A stretch of 64,000 nucleotides of DNA. Origin: Octopus vulgaris (taxonomy: Eukaryota). The position numbers were made by a program, and so were the translations under genes. Under the pieces are notes generated by a model, which had not been told where the DNA came from, did no database searches, and was given only the letters and a program-made list of their open reading frames with translations. Shown piece after piece: positions 13,043-27,631 of the stretch. The DNA lies in contig OX597815.1 of assembly GCA_951406725.2 (NCBI GenBank), forward strand, positions 140,864,001 to 140,928,000, in the 5' to 3' direction. The first letter of the stretch is position 1. Each line of letters begins with the position of its first letter.

Positions 13043-13666
13043 AGCAGTTTATTGAATATAAAGCTATTAAATCTTTCTAAAACTTCTTAGAGATGTGAAA
13101 GAAGACGCAGAATCTGCTCTACCCACTTTCAAATTACTTCCTTGGGAGTCAGAGTTTCTGCCGCATTACTGAACATCGGTTACTGACAAAATTCTCTGCA
13201 TCTGCTTGAAACGTAGTTGCAGTCGAAAGTTTTCGACAGCTTTGGGTTCGGTGTTGTTAAACTCCATAGAAATGCGCCCGTTGTGTATATTTATCGTTTC
13301 AACACTGGCCACCGTTAATCAAATGTAGATTCCTTACATTTGTTGATTACTAAAATTGTCCTTCTCACATTTCTGCCCTTTCATTATTATTTTTTCTCGA
13401 ATTTATCTTACTTTTCGTATATTCTTCTATCGTAGCAGTATGCATATATACGCCTGCATAGCATCATACGATACCACAATATTGAAATTAAGATTCGGTA
13501 ATACTGAATTAAATTCTTGAAAAGTGAGTTATGTAAGTTATGTATTGAGATATAATACTATAGAAAAAATAAGTTATATCTATCTATATACGCGCGCATG
13601 TATATATGCTCACACATAGATGCAGATATACATGCATGTAAGTCAAAACATATAAATGGAACACTT

Positions 13667-15352
13667 GGTATTGCTACAATTGTTTCATTAAGAGTTCTTA
13701 TTATGATTTATACAAGGTACAGTCAGGCACTTTGAATGCACAATATCCATAAGATCATGCGATACACTTGCAACTCACAACTTATCGGACTTACCCATTA
13801 TACAAGCCAGTAGTGACCTGCTGTTGCATCAACATATCATGAACAAGTTAAATATCGGAGCAGAATTAGCAACATTTAAGAAATATAAAGTGGATGGGAC
13901 AATCATAAGAATAGATAGCAGAATGAGGTTGTAAATTATAGAATAGTTAAATGGATATCTAATCTAACGATATCATTAAATTTAATGAGATTACTCGTAG
14001 AAGCTTCACCTAATTCCTCTTGATTAATCTGCTTCAATCAGTTATTGCAGGACGAGCAAAATATTAACTTTAATTAAGGTTGTTAGTGAAGTCCTTTCGT
14101 CGCTATTCGCGCCATCATTAATAACATGTTCTCTCAGTTCAAGCTTTGTCTTGAGACTTCCAAGACACCACATGAATAGTATTCATCTAATAGAAAAAGG
14201 GAACAACACAGTTGACTGAAATAGTGTGATGCCATAAATAAACCAATACATGTATACTAGACAAATGTAAGTAGTTTAGTGAATAATCAGTGTTAATATA
14301 AAAGATATAAATTCATGAATTTATGTTAGTTAAATACTAAAAATTTAAGAGAACAGTGATATAGCTGCAATGAAATTACGAGTGGAACAGCTAAACCAAT
14401 AGAGAAAGAAAAGCAGGGCTGATATTCTTAATACAAAACTAAAAAAAAATCATAATTTCTAACGTTCCTATTGACCAATAATGTCACATTATTATTGAGA
14501 GTAAAGGAAGGCAATTAAAAATATATAGGTGAAGTAGATAGGTCAGATAACTACAATAATAATTTTAAATTAGTAGGAGAATTAGGAAAATGTCAAAAAA
14601 AATTTTCAGAATTATAAAGAATTAGAAAGGCCATAAATGTAAATGAATGCTAAAACAAATTACAGGCTTATAAAGAATTATGAAGTCCGTAACTAGGGAA
14701 GATGAAATTCTGTAGAGACCTTCGCTATTCTCTGCGTTATAACTTAAGTTATTTTTTCTCTGATGTATAATTAGTTGGATCTCCCTTAATTAAAGTTAAT
14801 ATTCTATTAGTCCTGCTATAATTAATCGGAGCAGTTTAATCAAGAGGAATTAAGTGAGATGAATAAGGAATTCATTAACCATGTCACTTCTTTGAGGACT
14901 ACACGATAAAAAATATAGTTAATGGTTTTTTTTAGAACAGCGACGGTGTTTTTTTTTAGAACTTCAATAGTGTTTTGATAGGGTCAAATGTATTGCTTGG
15001 TGCTTGCTATCTGCCAGTATGTAAGTGATATCACTCAATTTAATGACGTCGTTAGATTAGATATGCCATCTAACAATTCTATAATTTACAACCACATTCT
15101 GTATCCCTCCTTGTGTCTGACTAATTGTAGTCCCATCCACTTTAGATTTCTTAAATGTTGATAATTCTGTTTCGATATGATGTATGATGTATATGATGTG
15201 TTGATTCGTCAGCGGGTCACTGCTCGATTGTATATTTGGTAACACTAATGAGCTTTGATTTTCGTAAAGTATCGCACGATATTATGGATGTTGATCATAC
15301 ATCATACCAGTCTGTACCATGATAACATTCTTAAAACAATTGTAGCAATACG
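13667..15352. repeat. Diverged long inverted repeat, arms about 13667-14080 and 14783-15352
   Basis: aacatttaagaaatataaagtggatgggac vs gtcccatccactttagatttcttaaatgtt; aattcctcttgattaa vs ttaatcaagaggaatt; tattgctacaattgttt vs aaacaattgtagcaata. Confidence 0.85.
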
Positions 15353-15983
15353 ATATGACACATTCGTCTGCTTTTATCACGATTTTACGCCACAATTAAG
15401 GTTCCATTAATCTTTGGATATTATCGGATTTACCAATGACGAAACAACAGTAAGCTTCCCTTCATTCTTGCATTTCATAGTTTGATAATAGATTACTTAA
15501 CAGCCTGAAACGCGTCATTCTGTCTGACCATCAATTGTGGCAGCCTTCAACATGCATCAAACGCCGATGGATACCCTTTAATCAAATCTATACACACACA
15601 TATACACAAATATTTATACATATATAAGGTTATAAAATGAGATAGGGGTTGAAAATTCAACCCACCATGGGATAACATATATCCAATATACTGCTAGATA
15701 GGTACCCAACAAGACTAGTACATAGATGTTAAAAATTGCCAAACAATCAGTTCATCTATTGTATTATATGGGTAAAGGTAATAATATTACCGTAAATTAA
15801 TACTACAAAATTAGAAAATGGAGAAACATACTTAAATCAATAAAACATCAACTATCAGATAATACCCAATCAATACTTTATTACACCATTACATATCAGT
15901 AAAGGCATTTTAAAAAATATACAGTAAATGTAAATAGACAAAGAGATATAAGTATAAAATTTCAAATATAATATGTAATTAAA

Positions 15984-16103
15984 TCAAATCTGACAGCTGT
16001 TTCGGCAGCGAGGGCAGTCATACCTCATTTAACCTATAAGCCATAAAGGCAGGTATAAATGAGGCATTAACAAGGATGCCCCACAGCCTCTTCAGAGAAT
16101 TAA
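15984..16103 (-). ncRNA. Type I hammerhead ribozyme, intact core, long stem II
   Basis: Minus strand: aattct-CTGAAGA-GGC...(about 85-nt hairpin)...GCC-GAAA-CAGCTG-TC-agattt; GUC cleavage triplet. Confidence 0.85.
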
Positions 16104-16439
16104 ATTTGTTATAATTGTGAAAAAAATTATTTATCCATATACATATAAATATAAAAATATAAAAATGTAAAATATAAAAACTTATGCATAAACTTCATAA
16201 TGCTACACTTATATAATATAATACTCATTGGTACAATAATGCAAGGTAAACAGAACAAAATAAAACAAAATATATATCAGTGTATATATTAATATTAATA
16301 AGCACAGTTATTATACATATTTGGCTAATAGTTTTTAAAAAAAAAAATAACACATAGGGAGATGAAAAATAATAATTAAAACCATGGTTCAGTTCATAAA
16401 ATTATAAAGCTATAAAAGTCAATAAAAATTACTATTAAT

Positions 16440-16494
<55 letters not shown>

Positions 16495-17382
16495 GATACA
16501 GTTATGTTTGCACCAAGTCCATCCTTTCAAGATCGAAATAACTATGAGTTTAGAAATTCTGACCACTAGGTAATGATAATTTAGATTAATTTAGATTAAT
16601 TCGATTGGCTAGTAGTTTGAAATTTAAATCACAAAAGAAATTATACGGTTGGTTAGTCAAGGAACGCCAATATTCACACGCGCATCCACAGATCAATCGC
16701 ACATACATACATAATTATATGTATACACACACACATACACTTATACACATACATAACCACAAGCAACAACTAGCACATAGATAAACAAAAAGGGAAGCAA
16801 CTATGCTGCCATTTAGTCTTTCAAAATTATAACTATGCCTCAAATAACAAAAAAGATCCACTCATGCATTTCATAAAATATTTAATTTAAAGATAAAAAT
16901 ATATTTTTAAATATCAGTATGTTACGATGTCAGATACTATTTCATTGGGTAACTTAAAATTTATAACACCGGTTTGTTGCATAGTAAACATACCGGTTAT
17001 TAGATTTACCGTAAGTTTGTTATGATTCCAAGTACGCTAAGTTATAAAATATAAAATATATATTAATTTATATATTATAAATATATCTCTTATTTAATTA
17101 ATAAATTTAATGCCATAATATACGAGATTAGGCATTAAATAATATCAACAAGGGGAAGTACTAATGCAATCGCATATGAGAACATCACAGAAATTTTTAA
17201 AAAATTTATATATTATAAATACTTAAGATAAAATGTGATAAAATAAATAAGAAGGAATAATTACGGTTACACACATATTATAAGTACAAACCAGTATATA
17301 TGTATTCATATATTATTAAAATAAAATTAAAATAAATGATAGATATGTATGTATAAAACTACACTTGTATAAGTAAATAAGT

Positions 17383-17893
17383 TTGGATGATGATAACAAT
17401 TGTAACACTTATAATGTGAATGGTAGTACAGGGGTGGGGACCAATCTTAGATTACCTCATTCTGTTAATCTTTGTAATTTCAGAAACAGAAATAAATGTG
17501 TGTTTGGTAATCAATGCTTCAGGAAGGAGGTAGTTTACCAATGCAATGTAGATACACAATTGAGTAGTAGGGTGTACATCGGGGCAACTATGAATAGCAT
17601 AAAACAGAGATTGAATTATCACAGATATACTTTTAGAAATAAAAATAGAATGTACTCTACAGGGCTAAGTGCATACATCTGGGAACTTAAAAGTAAGAAC
17701 TTAGATTTTAGATTAAACTGGAAAATACTAAGTTCAGCACCTGTGTATAATGGAAAAAATAAAAAATGATCTCTATGTATTAATGAATTTTTTTTTCATT
17801 ATTAAAGCGGGTAGGCAAATTATTAACAACATAAATGAAAAAAACTTCTTTTGCATTTATAGACTACCGTTCACCTTTTCTAGATTCAAATAG
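17383..17893 (+). mobile_element. PLE GIY-YIG endonuclease domain with Cys-rich linker (possibly Hydra clade)
   Basis: CNFRNRNKC..GNQC...VVYQC...VYIGAT...KQR...H...F....STGLSAYIWELK...NWKIL; continues past TGA as SLCINE. Confidence 0.85.
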
Positions 17894-18194
17894 AACTTAG
17901 CACTTCTACTATTGGTTTTGGCGAAGAATACAGTATAATCCCAACAAGTTCATAAATAAATTATTTGACACATCTTTATTGATTCATTATAGTTGTTGAT
18001 CTACCAACTCCGCTAACAATGCCAGTTTAAGCATAATTTCGAAGTCAAATTTTACGTCATGTTTGCGGTTTTAGACATTAGAGTGATACTTTTCTGGCTT
18101 ATACTGTTCAATGTTTTAGAGATGGAGGAATTCTGTAAATTATCTAAATTATTTACATTGGAGGAATATGTGACCTCATCTTGTTTGTTGTTAC

Positions 18195-18236
18195 CACAAC
18201 GTTTCGGCTGATTTACTCTACAGCTTTCATCGGGTG
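18195..18236 (-). ncRNA. Minimal hammerhead motif in the inverted pseudo-LTR
   Basis: Minus strand: cac-CCGATGA-aagctg..cagcc-GAAA-CG-TT-gtg; one core substitution. Confidence 0.65.
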
Positions 18237-19679
18237 CATTCCATACTTGGACATAACTGCCCATATTGAGGAGCTAGCCATAAAGATACCAAAGGCTCAG
18301 GGAGATGAAGTAAGGCGGAAAGTGAGAAAGCGAAACCAAACATCACTAAGTAAGAAAAGTTCACTATCGAAACACTACAGAGTGACAACACCATCACAAT
18401 AATTCCAGCAGACAAGGGCAATGCTATGGCGGTGATGAACAAGTGTGATTACTCCTAAAAATTGGCAAATCTCATACGTGATGTTAGCTACGTCAGAGTA
18501 AAGAAAGACCCAACTCTGTAAACAGAGAGGCAGTTGTCCCAGATCTTAATCAAGAACAAGGATTACTTCATACCAATGAAGTATAGACAACTGACTCAAG
18601 ACTACAGTAAGCTACCACACATGTGGTCTCCCCAGTGAGCAGTAGAAGTTCGGCATCTCATCCTCTGAGCCGCTTCCTTGTGGATATAATCGCTCCATTA
18701 GCAGGTAAGTCAACATCATATGTGAAGAATTACATCCACTTCACTGAATTGACCAAGGATACCTCCATTGGATCCAAACGAGACGGTAAGTCTAAAAGTT
18801 ATAAGTCTGTTCACCAAAGTCCCAACGGATGAAGCACTATCAGAGATTATAAAAGAAAACTAGTGACGGACAAGGAAACTTGATGGAAATGTTGACCTTC
18901 TGTGTAAAAACTACGTACTTCACTATGGACAGAGTAGATACTGAGATATATCGACAAGCTGAGGGTTTAGCTATGGGTTCGCCATTATCACAAAGATATA
19001 CATGGAATACTTTGAGAAATTGGATTTAGGATCAACACCACTAAAGCCAACGCTTTGGCTTCGATACGTTGTTGAAACTTTATATTATGACCCCACCAGG
19101 AAGATGCCCAAGTACTGCTAGATCAAGTGAACTCAATAAAACCATCCATACAATTCACAATGGAAAAGGAAAAAAGACAATGAGCTAGCATTCCTGGACG
19201 TATTAATAACACGCACTAAGCATGGGTTCAGGACATCCGCAAGCCAACCTTCACTGGACGATCCCTCAACTTCAATTCCCACCATCCATATAGGGTAAAG
19301 AGAGGGATTGCCCAGTGCCTAAAACATCCAGCAAAGAATATAAGCAGCGATACTGATACACACCAGGAAGAAATGATCAGGCTAAGTAACAATATATTAA
19401 GCTACAACTACCCAAAATACGTATATTCACTCTAATTACGAAAAGGAGAGAGAGTGTGGATGAAACCCATAAACTGACCACAGTCTGTCTACCCTTTGTG
19501 AAAGGTCTCTCCGAAAAGATACAACAGATATGCGGTCCATATAACATTAGGACGGTATTCAAGAGTAATACAACACTTCGTAAATGTGAATTTATTTATA
19601 TACATACATACATACAAACATACATACATATACTCACACACCATTGATTCCAGGCAGTGACCTGAATAATATTATTATT

Positions 19680-19950
<271 letters not shown>

Positions 19951-20000
19951 TTGAAAAATACCTTAAGAATGAGAACCCATTGTTCGAAATTTCCCCTAGA

Positions 20001-20045
20001 CACCTGATGAAGGCTAGAGGGTATATCAGCCGAACTGAAGAGTTA
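20001..20045 (+). ncRNA. Degenerate minimal hammerhead motif
   Basis: cac-CTGATGA-aggct..agcc-GAA(ctg); stem III region is mutated relative to the 18195 and 8495 copies. Confidence 0.6.
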
Positions 20046-22381
20046 ACAACAAAGAAGATGAGGACAAATACCTGTCAAATGTAAATAATTTAAATAATGT
20101 AAAAATAATGTACATAATTCCTCATCTCTTAGATGTAGAACTCTATCAAATGGGCATACCCAACACTAGCTGGAAAATATTGGCTTTGTCGGGATCGATG
20201 TTTAATATCTCACTAGTTTAAAATTTTGCTTGATAATGGTGGGTTATATATGTGTCATTGTGTAATATATCATGATTGGCTTAAGTAATTAGAATCCCAC
20301 TAAAACAGCTGTCTTAAATTTTAAACAACATTGATGTTTACTTCTTATAGCTACACCACACTAAGAACTCAGCCCTGAGTCGGATCAATGGTTTAAATTG
20401 GATTTGGTACATCTTCTGTGTCTATCAAAACTTGTCTCTAATATTGGTTATTTCAAACATACACGTGCGCTCACATACACACACATACGCACACAAACAC
20501 ACGCGTGCACACATATACTCAAAAACACATACGCACACATATACTGGTTGAATACCAGTAGTCTCCTCTGATACACACATACACTTACACTCAAATGCAG
20601 AAACAAGCTGACAAACAGCTACACACATACAAAAACACACGCACACGCTCGTGCGCGCACACAACTCAGACAGGTACGTTTGTAGATTCATGTTTCTATG
20701 GTGACCACCTTCTGTTTTCTCAGTTGCTGTGTATGCAACGCTATGCTTCTTAATTCCGCCCATGTCTCAGTACTGATTTTCTTATTGTATGACCTGACAA
20801 CATGTACATAGCAATTCATCAAAGGAAATCAATATCAAGCACATCATCCAATCTATTTCTTCATTGCTAAATGAAACTTTATATCAACCCTGAGATGTAA
20901 AAGTTTCGGATAACAAATAATGATCAGACACAGCAGTGCTCCTGCGATTCTTCAGCATATTTAAATGACAATGTTTTAATTCTTTAGCAGTGAATGGTGG
21001 TCTGATCTTTGCCGTAAATTGTGAAGCCATATTGTTTTGCAAGTATCATATTGAATTTTAAATTGATCTTTCTGTTTCAAAAATAAAGAATATTTGCTTT
21101 ACATCAAAGAATAATTTCTAACCTTGATTGTTAGAATATAATTGGTTTGGTATTAGGAGGCTCTATTAAATATGCTAAATTAATAACATAAAGTAATAAT
21201 GAATAATTTAAGTGTTAAATAAAAGAAATCGATTATTACAATGCTTGTTAATGTAGCAGTTGAAAAAAAACTGCAAAATGTATTATTACAAATGAATGAT
21301 ATTCATCTTGTATATCTCTGATATGAAATATCATTAGCTGATATAATTTGATGAATGTCAATGGATTAGAATTCCTAGTTCAAAATACCTTGTGTTTAAA
21401 TTCAAATGAAGGAAGCTAAAAGTATGCTATTGTTTAAACTCCAAGGGCTACAAATAAAATAGATTCGTTTGTATTTTAAAATAAACCTTTTTTCTTAGAA
21501 GCAGTATCACAGTTATATAAGAAGCATTGTCACACTATATAAAAGAGTGGGAAGTATAATATGAAATGAGACTGTTATACTTTTGTTTATATTCAGGTTA
21601 GAGATTTGATGTAATTTGTGGGATCTTTGATAGACATTGTACCAGGTTAAGTACCAAGTTAAGTACATGAATCGCAATACTTCACTAGTCTTTTATTTTA
21701 TCGATCCTCAGGGTGAAATTTAACGTTGATCGGGTATGATGTGGACGAATAACTAAATAGCCGTAATTAAATACTGCGAAGTATTTTTTGCGACTGTAAA
21801 TATTCTAGCAGATCAATCGGTCTTGTCATGAGAACGAAGTATGAACACCTATTGAAAATAATTCAATAACTCCGCTAAAATATGAAAAGTATATTGAATA
21901 TATATATGTGAATATCAACCAAATAATATAATAATAGAGGCTGGGACATCACAAGTGACACAAATATATTCCCTTTATACTGTAATCATCAGATAACAGA
22001 GCTCAATACTTCCTAGCATGGTATTTGCATTTCGCTCCCATGTCATGAAGGGATTGCATAGATCGAAAACATGTCAACCCTTGATTCATTCTGAGGATAT
22101 GTGAGTATTGCTTTCTCCGTGAGGGATTCATTTATTCTTTCACTGGTTTTATTGTTTATATACATATATATACGCATACATGATACGCGCACACACATAT
22201 ATGCTTCTCTACGTATGTATAAATATGTACATGCATTGGACCGCACATATATACATGTGTATATGTGCATGTGAGTATATAAGTATACGCGTGTTTATAT
22301 TTTTGCGTGCATATATATATATACATAAACATATATGCGCGTTTATATATATATATATATAGAAACATATATAGCACACAT

Positions 22382-22412
<31 letters not shown>

Positions 22413-22458
22413 AACATATATGCGTGTTTATATATATAGAAACATATATAGAAACACA

Positions 22459-22503
<45 letters not shown>

Positions 22504-24239
22504 CATATATAAATATACATACATTTACAAATATACGTACACATGTTTATACACCCCACCCCATCTATACAACTGAATGTAAAAAATAGTGTAATTACAA
22601 GTGTCATAGTTACAATTACATTGAAATGAAATATAAACAAATCTAACTATCCTTTTCTAACCAATTATTAGTGGAACGTTACTTTGGGATTAAGAACATG
22701 AAGGATACATTTACTTACTAAGCAATTTATTACTTACATTGCAGTGTCAAGTGTAGGCAGCTACTAAGTGACTTAAGTTTACAAAATACAGGGAGATGCA
22801 AAGATTACTTATGTCAAATGAGGTTAATACTAACAAGATATAGCGCTTACTGAAGTTTAAGAAGTATTCACATAAAATATCTTGATTTTTAAAAATTTAT
22901 TGGTGTATATATTTTTTTATTGACACATCAATTTAATTAGATTTTGAGGAAGTCTAGAAGAAATTAGTGGAGTAAAAGGGAAATCTTAATCCATGCGTTG
23001 TACGATGTTTATAAATATAATGAAAAAAAATTGTGTTCTTCAGTTCTACATCTAATTATCTTATAAGTTTGTCTCTCTCCTTTGGTACTTCATCAACCTA
23101 TAAATACAACTGATGAGAAACAAACAAAAGTAGTAATTGCGCTTATTACTGTTGATTTGCGGGAAACCTTGAAAAGAATACCCAAGCTAATTAGCCTTAA
23201 TCTCAACACTAACAGACTCTGGACCTGATGCAATGAGAAAATTGGATAACATAAAAAGAAAATTCCAAGCCAATTAAACTTTGACATAAATTTTATAGAC
23301 GACGTAATTTTATTTATCTTCGTTGAATTTCAAACAACGTGTATCAATTATCTGGGAAACATAAACTGTTGGCATATCATTTATCTTACAAGACATCGAA
23401 GTAAGAAAAAAACTTATCAAAGAGCTCACAACTGAAAGTTAGTAAACTCTGTTGGGGTGATTGCTAATTTGTCAACAGATGAAATATTGTTTGGCAGTCT
23501 TGGTATGAAAATACAGGCAAATTTAATCTACTGTACAAAGACATAGCCTTTCCAAGTGCATAAAAGCAAGTCCAGTGACTCTATTATTAGCTTCTGAACT
23601 CAGTATCATCAATTAAAAAAAACTGTATACAATTACTTCTTCAATATTTGAAAGGGAGTGACTCTATCAGGAATTTTGCTGTCTCATGCTCTGTGGAATT
23701 CACTGAAATATATCGGTTTGTACGTTATGCATAGTACTTTAATTAAACTGAGTCGGTCAGAATATTCATCGACAAAGATTCATCTATAATCTGCGACTGT
23801 GTTATATTGAATTCACCATATACATACATCTGTACGCATATACATACACACATACATACATACATTCATACACATATACAAACTCAGACATGCACACACA
23901 CAAAGCCACACACCTAGACATGCACGCACGCACACACATTATTCTACATCGATGGAAATTTTAATTTTCATCCTAATATGCACCGTTAACAGAATAACGT
24001 AAATCTAAATCTAGCAACGACAACTTAATTATGATAAATTAACGACATTTTGACAAAGTATGTATATTTGATAACCTCGTACTGTTATTTCTAACAGGAT
24101 CCCTATTATAACAAATAGGTTATGCCTATTTGTTTACAATGGTAATTATTAACCGTGATTTCTTTACCGTACTTTCGTATCGATTTACGTTTGATATTTC
24201 AGATACGTTAACGACATTCATAACACAATGGTGTATGTT

Positions 24240-24500
24240 TCAGTAATTAAAGAGTGGGGATCACAATCATGAGGTAGTGAGTTCGAATTCCGGACGAAGC
24301 AGTGTGTTTTGTTCTTGAGAAAGATAATTTATTTCGCGTTGCCCCATTTCACTTAGCTGATACCAGGCTGTATCAGCGTTTGACTTTCCTTGGCGTTCAG
24401 AGGGTAGGCCGGTATGCATTGGCGACTGTTGGTCTTCCATAAACAAATTTACCCAGACTTTAGCCTAACTTTCTAGGAGAATGGTGCTTCATGAGCGAAG
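24240..24500 (+). mobile_element. Degenerate tRNA-derived SINE
   Basis: B box gagttcgaattcc, followed by a CORE-like tgttcttgagaaagata...ttcacttagctg. Confidence 0.55.
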
Positions 24501-25774
24501 GTGTTCTTTACAATTTTATTTATCGTTCCATATTAAAAAGGTAGCTTTCATCTACTCACCCACAATTGATTCAATTTAATATTGTATAAAACACAATAAA
24601 CTAAGTATAAAAGATTTGTAGCCATTACCGGATAGAAATCTACAAATTGACGGAGGCTGTTAGAAATGCAAGGTAATTTAGCCCTGAAGAGTTTCAGTAA
24701 TGATCGTTAGCTAAAATAGTTCACTACCTTTAAGTATATATAGTTTTAAACAGTGTGTGTAGTAACTAAAATAAATTTGATTTGTACATGCATGTATTGG
24801 TCAGTATTAGGAATATATATTTATATCTGTTCTTACAATATTATGCCATTTGTATATTGCCTGTACTGAATTCATAACGATGTTTCTTATATTGTTTCAC
24901 CCTTTATTTTCCACTATGTTTAAGCAACACACATATAACAACATGCAAGACTCTAACCACTCTCAAGAATATAATTCTTAGAAATGTAGATTCTTACATA
25001 TTACACGAAGACAGAAAATTGGTTATATTTGACAAAATATCTAGCATTCTCAGGAAAACCACACAGTGCACATTCCATATTACAATGTATAGAATTACAG
25101 CAACACGTATATAACATTTCCCTGCGGACTACATGGGAACATATATGAGTGAGTGTGTATTTATATACGATTATTTTTGCATACTTTTACCTAACCTCTT
25201 TATTTATTCCACAGTAACAGAAAATGCCCAATAATTTTAGTTTGATATATATATATATACGCGTTCTTTTTTTACCCAAACAGGGAAACAATATCATTTG
25301 TTTGCAAAACCATCATGTGAAGAAAAAAAATCCTGCTTACTGCTTCTTTTCATGCTTATTCATATCTGTATATAAGTCTCTACAACTCCACTAAAAACAC
25401 TGGTGACATCATTTACAATTGTGAATATTTCAGTGTAAGATATTCTTAAAGTTCCCAGTATTTTCTGAAGTTGGGTACATGACAATTGTTTCTCTCATTA
25501 GTAATTTATTTTAGTACATTTAAATCAATGAATGTTCCAATGATATCGGTCAGTAATTAACCGGCAGCCATAAGCAACCACCAAACTTGCATCAATGCCA
25601 GATTTCAATTTCCTGATTAATTTTTATGGAGATAGCTCAAAAGGTTATTAACAATAGTTTTGTGTACTGAGAGACTGCCGTTTGCATTTCCTCTCATTAT
25701 CATTCAGTAATTAGCTACGAAGAAATGAATGTCTTTGAGAACGCATCAGACATATGAAAAGCGTTCTCTTGAAG

Positions 25775-25826
<52 letters not shown>

Positions 25827-26940
25827 TGTATTATAAAAGAAGGACGTTACAAGGAGAGTTTACAATATGTGGGAATTGTATAAAAATATTAGACGAGGGA
25901 TAGATAGAGAGAGGATGTGGGTTTGAGATAAAAAGTATACATAATACTCAAAATATGAGAGCGCAGATATGATGCAGTCCTCTTGATACAAGGCAAACTC
26001 TTAGCATGATCAATCAAGGTCACAATGACCATCAAGAGAACAAGCCCTCATATAACTGCCATGTACAATCTACAGGTGCATGCTTAAAGTGAGGCCTATG
26101 CACGTTCACCTTTTGTCACAATCAAGCACATTTAAGAAAATTTTGGTGTGAGGTGGGGTAAGCACGTCTATCTCGATACTCACGTTCGTTTCTAAGTGGA
26201 ATTTGGAAAAGTCGATAAGAGATTGACCTAAGCGGAAGTTATCTGCCTTCAATCTTTTCAGCCTTTTTCACTATGCAACCTTCTTTCGTCATAGCCATTA
26301 CACAAAAGAACAACCCTTCCCTCACTCGGTTAAAGGCGGGTAGTGTAATGATTCTCACAATGGAGTCGAGCGGTAGACGGATTTATCCAAAACACAGAAA
26401 CAGCTGTTCAATATAACTTCATACGTCAGCATTCCTCGGACATGCATCAATGGGTGGAGTGTGATTTATTTGCAATGCACGTATCTCAGATCGTCTTACT
26501 TGAAGGGACTGCCGTGCCTGTAGATTTTATCTCGAACTCGTACTGCACCTCATTAGCTCTGCCAGGTCAGGAATTTTTGGAAAGTATCCTTAGAAGTCAC
26601 TGACACGATATTCCTCCGAAACACTCAAGCTTTTTGGTTCTCGTCGACGCTTAGAGTTTTCCTAAGAACGATATCGATGTTACCTACCATAAATTATTAT
26701 ATATGGTGAACCTAGAACTTACACCAAGTGCAGTCATCGACTGAAAGTTGACACTGAGTGTCTGACAGCAGCGTAATCCAACAACCGGTATGTGTCAGAT
26801 GCCCAATCTCGGTATTTTCTCGAATTAGGAACGCAGCTTACTTAAAGAGACCAATAATAATAATGCCATTAATAAAGCTTTTCAAAAAAACGCCATCGAT
26901 TATAGATGCTACCTATACTATATATACCAGCACCTCTAAA
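25827..26940 (-). mobile_element. Decayed Tx1/L1-type LINE 3' portion abutting (TAC)n at 25775-25826
   Basis: Minus-strand frames give MAMTKE...RLK.L....GQSLIDF, homologous to ORF 59948..60265; 3' end ctctccttgtaacgtcc resembles ctctaccttgtaacttgtcc at 60670. Confidence 0.7.
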
Positions 26941-27049
26941 TGAGTGAATTAGAATTATTTACAAAAGACATTGCCTAGATTGAAAAATACTTAAATAATG
27001 TTAATGAATTAATTTGAAATTAAAACGTAAAGAAGGACGAAATTCCGCT

Positions 27050-27335
27050 AAGCATTATGCCAGACCTGTTAATGGTGCTGCTAGTTCGTCGCCTTGAACA
27101 AAAGAATTCAAGTTGGGTACAAAATCAGGAACGTCAACAGGAGGGCTTGCCAATTACGTCAACCCCCCACCCCCTCCCGTGCACAAGTGATACTTATTTT
27201 ATCGACCCCCAAAGGGATGAAAGGCTATGTCGACCACGGGGGGGGGGTAGTTCAACTCAGAAGGCAAAAACGAACGAAATGCTGTTAAACAGTTTGCACT
27301 GTTTGTTAACGGTTCTTCCAGCTCACTGCCTTGAA
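27050..27335 (-). mobile_element. Degenerate SINE (31165 family)
   Basis: tacttattttatcgacccccaaagggatgaaaggctatgtcgacc...ccagctcactgcctt. Confidence 0.7.
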
Positions 27336-27577
27336 CAAATCCGTAATTATTAAGAGTAAAGAGTTCAATATTAGTCAACCCGAGAAATATCTGAACACTA
27401 GAAATACCCTACAATCCTGGTGTATTGGAAAAATCGACTGAACTGCGGAAAGGACACATACTACTTAAAGTGCTGCCTGTCTGAGGTACGTGTGGCGTAA
27501 AATGCAACACAAATACACAGTACATACAATATCTTCAGTGTACATCGCAATGTTAGATATTATGTGACTTCTTCAAA

Positions 27578-27629
<52 letters not shown>

Positions 27630-27631
<2 letters not shown>

